Origin: Shigella phage Sfin-3
Direction: 5' to 3' (one strand)
Sequence record: MN296515
DNA: 50,309 bases
In this document: in pieces, positions 1 to 7,720 of the stretch
Numbering within the stretch: position 1 is the first letter of the stretch
Layout of the letters: every line of letters starts with the position of its first letter
Notes under the pieces: generated by a model
Databases searched by the model: none
The model's input: the letters and a program-made list of their open reading frames with translations, nothing else
Told to the model about the DNA's origin: nothing
Position numbers and translations under genes: made by a program

Positions 1-161
1 GCGGCGATTCTTGGGTTGAGATTACCGCGACACCAAAAACCATCGAGGTGCACGACGATATCATCACGCTGCTATTGCATCACGGAGGATTCAAGCATAA
101 GACGGTATCAGGTGAAATCAGCATTGAGCGCGGAACGCTTGTCCGCTATGAGGTGAAATAA
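1..161 (+). CDS. hypothetical protein, C-terminal fragment (start lies upstream of window)
   Basis: Frame 3 open from window edge to TAA 159-161; stop overlaps next ATG (TAATG). Confidence 0.3.
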   Translation, partial: GDSWVEITATPKTIEVHDDIITLLLHHGGFKHKTVSGEISIERGTLVRYEVK

Positions 162-310
162 TGGCTGCATGGGTATTGATTATCTTGATGAGCACCGGGC
201 CGGATCACGTATACATGGAAAGTCAGCAAGCATGTAACAAGGCTCGGGAAGTAATTGCAGAAAACAAGCCGTTCGGATACGAAGTAAAAACAATGTGCGT
301 TAAACGATAG
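161..310 (+). CDS. hypothetical small protein (49 aa, hydrophobic N-terminus)
   Basis: ATG 161 overlaps upstream stop; TAG stop 308-310 is first triplet of promoter-module palindrome; below ORF-track size cutoff. Confidence 0.35.
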   Translation: MAAWVLIILMSTGPDHVYMESQQACNKAREVIAENKPFGYEVKTMCVKR

Positions 311-350
311 CAAGAATTGCTAAACCTTCCGCAAGGCCATTTGATATAGT
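308..350 (+). promoter_or_regulatory. composite promoter module (palindrome TAGCA-agaat-TGCTA, 22-nt spacer, -10 TATAGT)
   Basis: Palindrome 308-322; -10 345-350 inside hairpin 333-356; ATG 391. Confidence 0.55.
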
Positions 351-390
351 GGCCTTATTGAAGCACGGCAACCAATCAGAGGAATCAGCT

Positions 391-603
391 ATGGCTACAC
401 GACTCACGCAGTGGCAGATTTACGACAAGGCTTCACGCCTTCGTGAATCACTTCGAGGTCTGACACCGAACGATCGCATGGAAATCATCGGTCATGCATT
501 GCACGAACTAACGTCTCAGGACGTAATCTATCATTCGTGCGGCAATAAGTTATGGAACGTAACATTTGAGGTAAAGAAAGATGAGCAAGATTCACAAACT
601 TAA
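391..603 (+). CDS. hypothetical protein (70 aa)
   Basis: ATG 391 preceded by AACCAATCAGAGGA RBS and promoter module 308-350; track ORF 349 begins with GTG inside the promoter hairpin. Confidence 0.55.
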   Translation: MATRLTQWQIYDKASRLRESLRGLTPNDRMEIIGHALHELTSQDVIYHSCGNKLWNVTFEVKKDEQDSQT

Positions 604-868
604 GATCAATCCTGTACATTTCATTGGTGTAATGAACGGAACCAAAACGGCAGAGTTCCGCATTAATGACCGCAACTTCCAGCTTGGCGATATCCTGGAG
701 CTATGCGAGTTCGATCGTGACGAGTTTACCGGGTGGGAAGTTCACGCCAGGGTGTCCGATGTTACAGACGTGACGCCATACATCAATCGCGGGTATGACG
801 ATCAGGAATGCGACTTCACGCAATACGTGATGTTATCAATCAAACCTTACAGGAAGGTTAGACCATGA
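581..868 (+). CDS. ASCH/DUF3850-like protein
   Basis: 95 aa; N-terminal KLKINPVHF...G.KT.EFR.NDR.FQ.GD pattern resembles ASCH/PUA-like DUF3850 domains; RBS gaggtaaag. Confidence 0.55.
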   Translation: MSKIHKLKINPVHFIGVMNGTKTAEFRINDRNFQLGDILELCEFDRDEFTGWEVHARVSDVTDVTPYINRGYDDQECDFTQYVMLSIKPYRKVRP

Positions 869-1503
869 AATTTGAATGCGTATCAAGTGACGGAACGGGA
901 TTTAAGTGGGGAAAAATCTACGAAGGCGCTCGCGTCAATAACGACAGCTTCGTTGTCGTGGATGAGCACGGTAGCAATGTGAACATCATCCGTCGTCACG
1001 AATACCAAGAAATTTTCCTGCCGTATGGCGGTAGTTCAAAATATATCTTCCATCGAATCGTGGATGGTGTTAAATTTAACGACGTAATCGAAGCAATCAA
1101 CCAACTGCATAATAAAGAGGTAAAATTTATGAAATTTGAATGTATCAGTGATAACACCAAAAAATTTACTGTTGGCAAAATCTACGACGTTCCTACTGAG
1201 CACGCAAAGCACACTGTAGCGCTTACTGACGACACGGGCCGTCACCGCATTGCTACCGTAACGCATAATGGCGAAGGTCTGCGATGGAATAGCGGCAGCA
1301 CTAAGTTTGCAACGTTCGGCAAGAAGCGTAAGCGCACTTTCTGCGTTAAAGGCAAGGTTGCAGCAAACAAGATCCACAACGTCAAGCCGTCGGAAGTTGA
1401 CAGCAAGCCAGCACTTAAGTTTGAAGATAAGGCAGATTTGTCTGGTCTGGCTATCGCTCTTGTTCTCCTGGTTGCTTCGATTTCTCTGATGTTCATCATG
1501 TAA
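865..1503 (+). CDS. tail-anchored membrane protein with internal tandem repeat
   Basis: 212 aa; two ~65 aa repeats each starting MKFEC(V/I)S...GKIY; C-terminal hydrophobic helix LAIALVLLVASISLMFIM. Confidence 0.6.
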   Translation: MKFECVSSDGTGFKWGKIYEGARVNNDSFVVVDEHGSNVNIIRRHEYQEIFLPYGGSSKYIFHRIVDGVKFNDVIEAINQLHNKEVKFMKFECISDNTKKFTVGKIYDVPTEHAKHTVALTDDTGRHRIATVTHNGEGLRWNSGSTKFATFGKKRKRTFCVKGKVAANKIHNVKPSEVDSKPALKFEDKADLSGLAIALVLLVASISLMFIM

Positions 1504-1510
1504 TTTTAAC

Positions 1511-1544
1511 GGGGAATCGGCTCTGAACGGTTCCCCTTTATTTT
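1511..1544 (+). terminator. rho-independent terminator candidate
   Basis: Stem GGGGAA/TTCCCC (1511-1516 / 1531-1536) with 14-nt loop, then TTTATTTT. Confidence 0.4.
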
Positions 1545-1556
1545 GGAGAAAACACT

Positions 1557-1667
1557 ATGCCAGACTTTTCTAACTGGAATAACGAGCCGCCATCATTTCA
1601 GGAGTTGCTATTCTGCCTCTTGGTCCTGACATTATCTCTTAAGGGTGTTTTATGGCTACTATCATGA
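1557..1667 (+). CDS. hypothetical small hydrophobic peptide (36 aa)
   Basis: ATG 1557 with GGAGA RBS directly after hairpin 1511-1544; hydrophobic LLFCLLVLTLSL; overlaps next ORF. Confidence 0.3.
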   Translation: MPDFSNWNNEPPSFQELLFCLLVLTLSLKGVLWLLS

Positions 1668-1870
1668 CAGCAGAAGATGCAGCACGCGACGCAGTGGAAG
1701 GAATGCGCCCAAATACCTCCAGAATAGCACACTACTACAAATCTGAGGTGTCGGCAGTGCAATTGGTCAACGAAATTTTAAGGCTGCCACAAGTCGATTC
1801 AGCGCGCGTGGTGACGTGCTTAAAAAATTATTTTTGCATCACTATTAAAACGAATAGCACGAATTGCTAA
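1652..1870 (+). CDS. hypothetical protein (72 aa)
   Basis: Track ORF; weak AGGG RBS; TAA stop lies inside promoter-module palindrome 1855-1869. Confidence 0.35.
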   Translation: MATIMTAEDAARDAVEGMRPNTSRIAHYYKSEVSAVQLVNEILRLPQVDSARVVTCLKNYFCITIKTNSTNC

Positions 1871-1897
1871 AACCTATCAAGGGGAATGCGCTATGAT
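1855..1897 (+). promoter_or_regulatory. composite promoter module (TAGCA-cgaat-TGCTA, 22 nt, -10 TATGAT)
   Basis: Palindrome 1855-1869; -10 1892-1897 in hairpin 1881-1902; ATG 1928. Confidence 0.55.
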
Positions 1898-1927
1898 TCC
1901 CCTACACCAACAAACGAGGAAACGATA

Positions 1928-2374
1928 ATGAAACACTTAATCTGCATTGAAGCGCCTAACTATGAATACACTCTGCACGGCATTGGAATGTTCAAAGGCC
2001 ACTACATGACAGCAAGCATTTATGATGCGCATCGAGGCGATGGCGATCTAATGATTACTTCAAAAGAAGTTAATCCGTACATCATGCAGAATCTCGGGAA
2101 CAATGAGTATATGGCTTACGGATGCAACGCGGTGTACAAGCATATCAAGATCCGCAAGCGCGTAGTTCGCGCATTCAAGAAGATTGCAATTAAATACTGG
2201 AAGATGAGCAAGAAGGACGCCGGAACATGGGCGCGTAACGTTGCTGATTCATACTTCTATCGTAACGGTGAGTCGTGCTACTTTTTGATCGATGATATTC
2301 ATGACAATTACGGCGGCTCATTCAGTCAGGAAGAGTTTGATAGCTGGGCTGAATACGAGATCAGTTGCTGGTAA
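1928..2374 (+). CDS. hypothetical protein (148 aa)
   Basis: ATG 1928 with GAGGA RBS downstream of module 1855-1897; track ORF 1886 starts inside promoter hairpin. Confidence 0.6.
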   Translation: MKHLICIEAPNYEYTLHGIGMFKGHYMTASIYDAHRGDGDLMITSKEVNPYIMQNLGNNEYMAYGCNAVYKHIKIRKRVVRAFKKIAIKYWKMSKKDAGTWARNVADSYFYRNGESCYFLIDDIHDNYGGSFSQEEFDSWAEYEISCW

Positions 2375-2417
2375 TAGCACTAATTGCTAAAACTTGCTCA
2401 AGGGCATTTGATAGAAT
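2375..2417 (+). promoter_or_regulatory. composite promoter module (TAGCA-ctaat-TGCTA, 22 nt, -10 TAGAAT)
   Basis: Palindrome 2375-2389; -10 2412-2417 in hairpin 2401-2422; ATG 2458. Confidence 0.55.
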
Positions 2418-2457
2418 GCCCTTCGTTGAGTTAAGCAACCAATCATAGGAATAAATC

Positions 2458-2991
2458 ATGGATAAAATTACCATTTGGGGTCAAACTATCAACCTGTTTC
2501 TCGGCACGCGATGCGTGGCAATCTTTGACTTTGACGGAACGCTTAGTGATGGATCAAAGCGCCTTCACCTGTTGCCGACAAAGGATTTGCACTTAACTGA
2601 AAGCTGGTCTGAGTTTAACCGAGCGGCAATATTTGATAACCCAATCCAGAGCACGATTGAGGTTATGAACTCTATGTTTGCTGCCGGGTATCACGTAATA
2701 GTTTTAACCGGGCGAAGTGATGAGGTTCGTTACGCATCTGAGTTATGGCTTAAGCATCACGGTGCGAGATATGATTACTTAGTCATGCGACCGCACACAG
2801 ACAACAGGAAAGACACGGTGATGAAAGAAGAAGCGGTTCGAGCGATCGGTATTGAAAACATCCTGGCAGCTTGGGATGACTCACCGCAAATTATTCCATT
2901 ATTCCGGTCGCTTGGAATAACAACATATGCGGTAGTTGACTATGGCGATAACATTCACGATCATTTAAAATCGCACGGGGTAGAGAAATGA
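2458..2991 (+). CDS. HAD-family phosphatase, T4 Pnk 3'-phosphatase-domain-like
   Basis: 177 aa; IFDFDGTLSD (DxDGT motif), VIVLTGRSD, RKDTVMKEE align by eye to the C-terminal phosphatase domain of T4 polynucleotide kinase. Confidence 0.7.
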   Translation: MDKITIWGQTINLFLGTRCVAIFDFDGTLSDGSKRLHLLPTKDLHLTESWSEFNRAAIFDNPIQSTIEVMNSMFAAGYHVIVLTGRSDEVRYASELWLKHHGARYDYLVMRPHTDNRKDTVMKEEAVRAIGIENILAAWDDSPQIIPLFRSLGITTYAVVDYGDNIHDHLKSHGVEK

Positions 2992-3098
2992 ACCTATACG
3001 AATTTATTGCAGCACATCCGGTATTGACGGTTATCATCCTGCTAATCATCAATCACACCATCATCAATATGGCAAAATTATTTTTAGGGAGATACTAA
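2988..3098 (+). CDS. hypothetical small membrane peptide (36 aa)
   Basis: ATG overlaps upstream TGA (ATGA); hydrophobic core VLTVIILLIINHTII; not in ORF track. Confidence 0.3.
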   Translation: MNLYEFIAAHPVLTVIILLIINHTIINMAKLFLGRY

Positions 3099-3099
3099 T

Positions 3100-3672
3100 A
3101 TGAAAACAGCTATCATTTTAAACGGCGCTCCTGGAGCAGGCAAGGACACTATCGGATGCATCCTGGCTGACACTTACGATCATGTAGCTTTGCGCAGCTT
3201 CAAAGCACCAATGTTTGAGATTGCTCGGGCAATACTGGGTGAGGCTAACTACGAGTATTTCATGTTCTTGTATGAGGATCGTCGTTACAAAGAAGAGCCA
3301 GCGTCAATCCTGAACGGTAAAAGCCCTCGCCAGTTTATGATCTGGATTAGCGAGGAAGTCATCAAGCCACAGTTCGGAAATCGATTCTTCGGTATGCGAG
3401 CGGAAAGCAAGGTCAAAGAGTCATATTCTCTGTCAGTATTTACTGATGGTGGATTCAAAGATGAGGTATTGCAGATGATTGAAGGTGATATCCAGGTCAA
3501 GCTATGCCGAATCCACCGCAAAGGCTGCAACTTTGACAACGACAGTCGTGATTATATTTACCTGGAAGATATGATCGGGGTTAATGGTTATCAGGAGTGT
3601 GATTTTTTCTCTGTCGAAGGTCATCCAGAAATTACCGCTCAGCACATAGCCGCTACGTTCATCAACAAATAG
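3100..3672 (+). CDS. P-loop nucleotide kinase, dNMP kinase (T4 gp1)-like
   Basis: 190 aa; Walker A GAPGAGKDT and ILNGKSPRQ resemble T4 deoxynucleoside monophosphate kinase; TAG stop is first triplet of palindrome 3670-3684. Confidence 0.65.
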   Translation: MKTAIILNGAPGAGKDTIGCILADTYDHVALRSFKAPMFEIARAILGEANYEYFMFLYEDRRYKEEPASILNGKSPRQFMIWISEEVIKPQFGNRFFGMRAESKVKESYSLSVFTDGGFKDEVLQMIEGDIQVKLCRIHRKGCNFDNDSRDYIYLEDMIGVNGYQECDFFSVEGHPEITAQHIAATFINK

Positions 3673-3712
3673 CACGAATTGCTAAAACGTCGGTGGGGTG
3701 ATTTGATATAGT
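3670..3712 (+). promoter_or_regulatory. composite promoter module (TAGCA-cgaat-TGCTA, 22 nt, -10 TATAGT)
   Basis: Palindrome 3670-3684; -10 3707-3712; ATG 3745. Confidence 0.55.
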
Positions 3713-3744
3713 TACCTCATCGACAACGAAGAGAGAAAATCGAA

Positions 3745-3954
3745 ATGATGGTATCAACTGATAAGTTTTTCACTTGCACTAAAACTTCTGAAGTATTCGA
3801 ACTCGTTCATACTGATAACGGTGATTTCATGCATGACGGTTGCGACGTTTTCATTGAAGTGAAAGAAAGCGACTATGATGACGGAGTTTATTACAACCCG
3901 GCAGTGAACACTCAGTTTTTTACACCGATCGAAGATGAAGGAGAAGAGGCATGA
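3745..3954 (+). CDS. hypothetical protein (69 aa, acidic C-terminus)
   Basis: Track ORF; GAGAGA RBS; downstream of module 3670-3712. Confidence 0.55.
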   Translation: MMVSTDKFFTCTKTSEVFELVHTDNGDFMHDGCDVFIEVKESDYDDGVYYNPAVNTQFFTPIEDEGEEA

Positions 3955-4295
3955 TTACGATTAACCTATCAGAGAAGCAAGCTCGTGAAATCCTTGATGC
4001 GATCGGCGACCAATTGCACGTAAAAGGAGCAACTGCCGAGTTGCTCAACCAGATCGAAAAGCAACTTACTCCTGTTTCAACGAATCAAGCTGAGTTTGCA
4101 GCCTGGAAGAGCGAGCGCATCCTGCCAAATATCATCAAGGCATGGAAGCGCAAGCATAAAAAAGAAATCAATGTTGATGACTTATTTTCTGATGAATTAA
4201 GTCCTTCAAAGGTTGCTCAATATCAGTTGCGATACATGGAATCAGTTTGCAATCAGATCTTAAATGTCAACTTTTCATTCGGGAGTGGTAAATAA
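3951..4295 (+). CDS. hypothetical protein (114 aa)
   Basis: Track ORF; start overlaps upstream stop (ATGA). Confidence 0.55.
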   Translation: MITINLSEKQAREILDAIGDQLHVKGATAELLNQIEKQLTPVSTNQAEFAAWKSERILPNIIKAWKRKHKKEINVDDLFSDELSPSKVAQYQLRYMESVCNQILNVNFSFGSGK

Positions 4296-4525
4296 TGTTT
4301 GGTTTAAGTGAAGCGGAATGGAACGTGGTAAAGCGCGCGGCGAAGGAATTGAATAAATTTGTTAGCGGAATGAAGAAGGAAGATCGCAAAAACGAAAAGA
4401 TTATGATTGATGTGATCTCAACTCATCACAAAAAGGTTGAGCTACTCATCGACCGCTACAAGTTTGTATGGACCGCCGGATATATTGCAGGGCGCGTAGG
4501 TAACAAAGAGGGTGATTACGAATAA
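4295..4525 (+). CDS. hypothetical protein (76 aa)
   Basis: Track ORF; translationally coupled to neighbours. Confidence 0.5.
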   Translation: MFGLSEAEWNVVKRAAKELNKFVSGMKKEDRKNEKIMIDVISTHHKKVELLIDRYKFVWTAGYIAGRVGNKEGDYE

Positions 4526-4728
4526 TGGCTAACTTACCGAAGAAAGGCGATCAGGTTCGATGTGTTACATCACGCAATGGTGATGCTTTCTCAGCGGGAT
4601 GCTTGTATGACGTTGAAAAAGTAAGTAAAGCAAAGAGACTCGTATTTGTATACGGAGACGATGGAAATATTCATGAGATTGACTACCCGCAGGATATTAC
4701 TAAGGGCCAATTTGAAATTAATGATTGA
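4525..4728 (+). CDS. hypothetical protein (67 aa)
   Basis: Track ORF; start overlaps upstream stop. Confidence 0.5.
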   Translation: MANLPKKGDQVRCVTSRNGDAFSAGCLYDVEKVSKAKRLVFVYGDDGNIHEIDYPQDITKGQFEIND

Positions 4729-4754
4729 CCTGAATCTCTGAGCGGTGATAGTAT
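4725..4754 (+). promoter_or_regulatory. sigma70-like promoter candidate (TTGACC-18-TAGTAT)
   Basis: -35 4725-4730, -10 4749-4754; precedes 140-nt structured leader of gene 4893. Confidence 0.3.
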
Positions 4755-4892
4755 TAATCCCGTAGACAGACGAGGCGCAAATAAGCGCAACGCGTGAGAC
4801 GATTCTCACACTTCCAGCTAACAAGCTCGGTTGCATAGTGGTTAAGCAACGCCGCAGACCCGTAAGCGGCAACAATTCAAGAGGATTGCGTA

Positions 4893-5054
4893 ATGCAAAA
4901 TATCAAAAACGAATCAGTCAAAATCGAAATTAAAGTAACTCGCAACGGCAAAACAACTCTTTATAAAAAGCGGTTAAATCCTGGAGAGGCTGTTATTGGT
5001 CGCATCGATGGCGTTATGATTAAGGCGCAAGAAGATGAAGCGATTCAAAGTTAA
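4893..5054 (+). CDS. hypothetical small protein (53 aa)
   Basis: ATG 4893 with AAGAGGA RBS after 164-bp structured leader; below ORF-track cutoff. Confidence 0.45.
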   Translation: MQNIKNESVKIEIKVTRNGKTTLYKKRLNPGEAVIGRIDGVMIKAQEDEAIQS

Positions 5055-5220
5055 ATTGATCATTCGAAAGATGGGGATGTTTTGCCAATCATGCAAACAA
5101 TCTTTCGAGACTGAATTATCGGCAACCAGTCAGGCAGAAGCCATCGCGAAAGCAAAAAAACTTTCCGGCGCAAACCTTGACACTCACAAAATAAACATTG
5201 AATTAATTAAGGAGATCTAA
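5035..5220 (+). CDS. hypothetical small protein with CxxC
   Basis: Track ORF; overlaps previous ORF by 20 nt; alternative start MGMFCQSC possible. Confidence 0.4.
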   Translation: MKRFKVKLIIRKMGMFCQSCKQSFETELSATSQAEAIAKAKKLSGANLDTHKINIELIKEI

Positions 5221-5221
5221 C

Positions 5222-5449
5222 ATGGAAATTTTTTTATGGATTATCGCTGGTATCGTTATTTTTGGTGCTGGTTTATTTTCTGGCTTCGCACTTGTGGCGG
5301 CAGCAATTGCGATGGACGCGAAGGATAAAACTGGTGTATGGCTTACCTACTCACCAAAGACGGATCAATGGGAAATGACTGGCGATCTTGCTCACTGCTA
5401 CTCTAAAGCTCAGACCCACCCTAAAGGCATTAAACGACGATTATCGTGA
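5222..5449 (+). CDS. hypothetical membrane protein (75 aa)
   Basis: N-terminal hydrophobic helix IFLWIIAGIVIFGAGLFSGFALVAAAIA; followed by terminator 5460-5480. Confidence 0.5.
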   Translation: MEIFLWIIAGIVIFGAGLFSGFALVAAAIAMDAKDKTGVWLTYSPKTDQWEMTGDLAHCYSKAQTHPKGIKRRLS

Positions 5450-5459
5450 TAAATACTAA

Positions 5460-5480
5460 CCCGCTACGGCGGGTTTTTTT
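5460..5480 (+). terminator. rho-independent terminator
   Basis: CCCGC-tacg-GCGGG followed by T7; ends left early gene block. Confidence 0.65.
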
Positions 5481-5500
5481 ATGCCTGCAATATGGTAAAA

Positions 5501-5515
5501 TAGCACTAAATGTTA
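5501..5515 (+). promoter_or_regulatory. degenerate palindrome copy (TAGCA-ctaaa-TGTTA) without 22-nt-spaced -10
   Basis: Sits between terminator 5460-5480 and TerS start; only TATATT 11 nt downstream. Confidence 0.35.
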
Positions 5516-5533
5516 AACAAAGAGGGTATATTT

Positions 5534-6058
5534 ATGAGTGAACCTAAGAACGCTCCCGTAGTTCAGGGTGGTAATTTCAAAGAGCTATACAAGAAAAAGT
5601 TCGGCACTGTTCTTGCGAAGAATCGGGCCATGACGCCTGAGCAATTATTCGATCTATCAGTTAAGTATTTCGAATGGGCTGAGGACAATGCGATCAAGGC
5701 GTCTGAATCAGCCAGCTTTCAGGGTGGCGTGTACGAATCTCTTGTTCATAAGCCTCGGGTGTTCACCTGGACAGGGTATCGACTATTCATCGGTGCAAGT
5801 GAGGCAGCTATCATTAAGTGGAAGCGAGAAGAGGAATATAGCGAGGTTATGGAGTTCGTGGAATCTGTAATCAACGAGCAAAAATTCCAACTTGCCGCCA
5901 ACGGTGTTATTAACGCCTCCTTTATCGGCAAGGATCTCGGGATCGATAAGCCAGCCTCAATCAATATCGAAAACTCAGCAGCTTCAGCATCTACCTCTGT
6001 TGCCACCACTGAGGATGCAATGAAAGAGGCAGTGAACAGCATTCTTGACATGCTTTAA
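5534..6058 (+). CDS. putative terminase small subunit
   Basis: Position directly upstream of TerL; ATG 5534 with AGAGGG RBS (track ORF 5510 starts inside palindrome 5501-5515); assignment by synteny only. Confidence 0.45.
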   Translation: MSEPKNAPVVQGGNFKELYKKKFGTVLAKNRAMTPEQLFDLSVKYFEWAEDNAIKASESASFQGGVYESLVHKPRVFTWTGYRLFIGASEAAIIKWKREEEYSEVMEFVESVINEQKFQLAANGVINASFIGKDLGIDKPASINIENSAASASTSVATTEDAMKEAVNSILDML

Positions 6059-6097
6059 CGTTACGGGCGCGAAAGCGCCCATGAAGGAGATTTAATT

Positions 6098-7666
6098 ATG
6101 ATTCAATGGGAAGACCTCGACGCAACTCAGAAGTTAGCGATCAAGAAAATGAGTGAGGCGAATTTCGAAAAGATGATTAGGATCTGGTTCCAGCTTATGC
6201 AGGCTCAGCAGTTCCAGCCTAACTGGCATCACCTTTATTTATGTCACGAAGTTGAGGAAATAATTGCAGGTCGACGCGGGAACACTATCTTTAACGTCAC
6301 GCCAGGTTCGGGTAAAACCGAGGTGTTCTCAATTCACCTTCCTGTTTACGCAATGCTCAAGTGCAAGAAGGTACGAAACCTTAACGTTTCATTTGCAGAT
6401 AGCCTTGTAAAGCGTAACAGTAAGCGAGTTCGTGAGATTATCAGCAGCAAAGAGTTCCAAGAGTTGTGGCCTTGTAAGTTCGGCACATCGAAAGATGAAG
6501 AGATGCAAGTTCTTAACGAAGATGGCAAGGTCTGGTTCGAGCTAATATCCGCAGCAGCCGGAGGTCGAATCACAGGTTCGCGTGGTGGCTATATGATGCC
6601 GGGATTCTCCGGGATGGTAATGCTCGACGATATAGACAAGCCTGACGATATGTTCTCAAAGGTTAAGCGTGAGCGTACTCACATGCTATTGAAGAACACC
6701 ATACGATCCCGTCGTATGCACAACGAGACGCCGATTATCGCAATCCAGCAGCGACTGCACGCGCAGGATTCAACTTGGTTTATGATGAATGGAGGTATGG
6801 GTATTGAGTTTGACCAGATCTCGATCCCGGCACTGGTGACTGAAGAATACGGAAAGACACTTCCTGACTGGTTGCAGCCTTATTTCGAGCGCGACGTTTT
6901 GTCGTCTGAGTATGTAGAATTGGATGGTGTTAAGCATTATTCATTCTGGCCCAGCAAGGAGAGTGTTCACGACCTATTGGCTTTGCGCGAAGCGGACCAG
7001 TACACCTTTGATTCTCAGTACCAGCAGAAGCCGATCGCGCTTGGCGGCTCCGTGTTTAACTCGGAATGGTGGACTTATTACGGCAGCAGTCTTGACGCTA
7101 ACGAGCCAGATCCGGGCAAATATGATTACCGTTTCATCACTGCCGATACCGCTCAGAAGACAGGTGAACTAAACGACTACACGGTGTTTTGCTTATGGGG
7201 CAAGAAAAACGATAAGGTTTACTTTATCGACGGCATTCGCGGCAAGTGGGAAGCGCCTGATATGGAGAAACAATTTACCGCCTTCGTGAATCAGGCATGG
7301 AGGCACAATAAATCAATGGGTGTGCTTCGCAAAATCTACGTGGAAGATAAGGCGAGCGGGACGGGCTTGATTCAGAACTTAAGGAAAAAGACTCCGATCT
7401 CAATCACACCATTGCAGCGTAACAAAGATAAAGTTACCCGAGCTATGGATGCTCAGCCAGTAATTAAGGCCGGGCGCGTGGTTCTTCCAGAAGAGCACCC
7501 TATGCTTGCGGAAATCATCGCAGAACATAGCGCCTTCACTTATGATGATACTCACCCTCATGATGATATTGTCGATAACTTCATGGATGCGGCGAACATC
7601 GAATTGCTGACCATTGATGATCCTATCGAGAGAATGAAGCGACTCGCTGGGATGGTTAAGCGGTAA
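6098..7666 (+). CDS. terminase large subunit
   Basis: 522 aa; size and position before portal; ATPase then nuclease-like acidic motifs; GAAGGAGA RBS. Confidence 0.85.
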   Translation: MIQWEDLDATQKLAIKKMSEANFEKMIRIWFQLMQAQQFQPNWHHLYLCHEVEEIIAGRRGNTIFNVTPGSGKTEVFSIHLPVYAMLKCKKVRNLNVSFADSLVKRNSKRVREIISSKEFQELWPCKFGTSKDEEMQVLNEDGKVWFELISAAAGGRITGSRGGYMMPGFSGMVMLDDIDKPDDMFSKVKRERTHMLLKNTIRSRRMHNETPIIAIQQRLHAQDSTWFMMNGGMGIEFDQISIPALVTEEYGKTLPDWLQPYFERDVLSSEYVELDGVKHYSFWPSKESVHDLLALREADQYTFDSQYQQKPIALGGSVFNSEWWTYYGSSLDANEPDPGKYDYRFITADTAQKTGELNDYTVFCLWGKKNDKVYFIDGIRGKWEAPDMEKQFTAFVNQAWRHNKSMGVLRKIYVEDKASGTGLIQNLRKKTPISITPLQRNKDKVTRAMDAQPVIKAGRVVLPEEHPMLAEIIAEHSAFTYDDTHPHDDIVDNFMDAANIELLTIDDPIERMKRLAGMVKR

Positions 7667-7684
7667 TAAATGAGATATAATCAA

Positions 7685-7710
7685 GGCTGTCAATTGACGG
7701 CCTTTTTTAT
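7685..7710 (+). terminator. hairpin + T-tract between TerL and portal (attenuator candidate)
   Basis: GGCTGTCA-attg-ACGGCC stem (one G-U pair) followed by TTTTTTATT. Confidence 0.5.
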
Positions 7711-7720
7711 TGGAGGAAAC

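Noticed and set aside
4729-4892. tRNA gene in the non-coding gap
   Set aside because: No cloverleaf can be drawn and no GTTCGA-type T-loop is present; no tRNA-like sequence was seen elsewhere in the window.
7670-7720. Track start codon of portal ORF at 7670
   Set aside because: It lies upstream of terminator hairpin 7685-7710 and has no RBS; ATG 7721 has a GGAGGA RBS.
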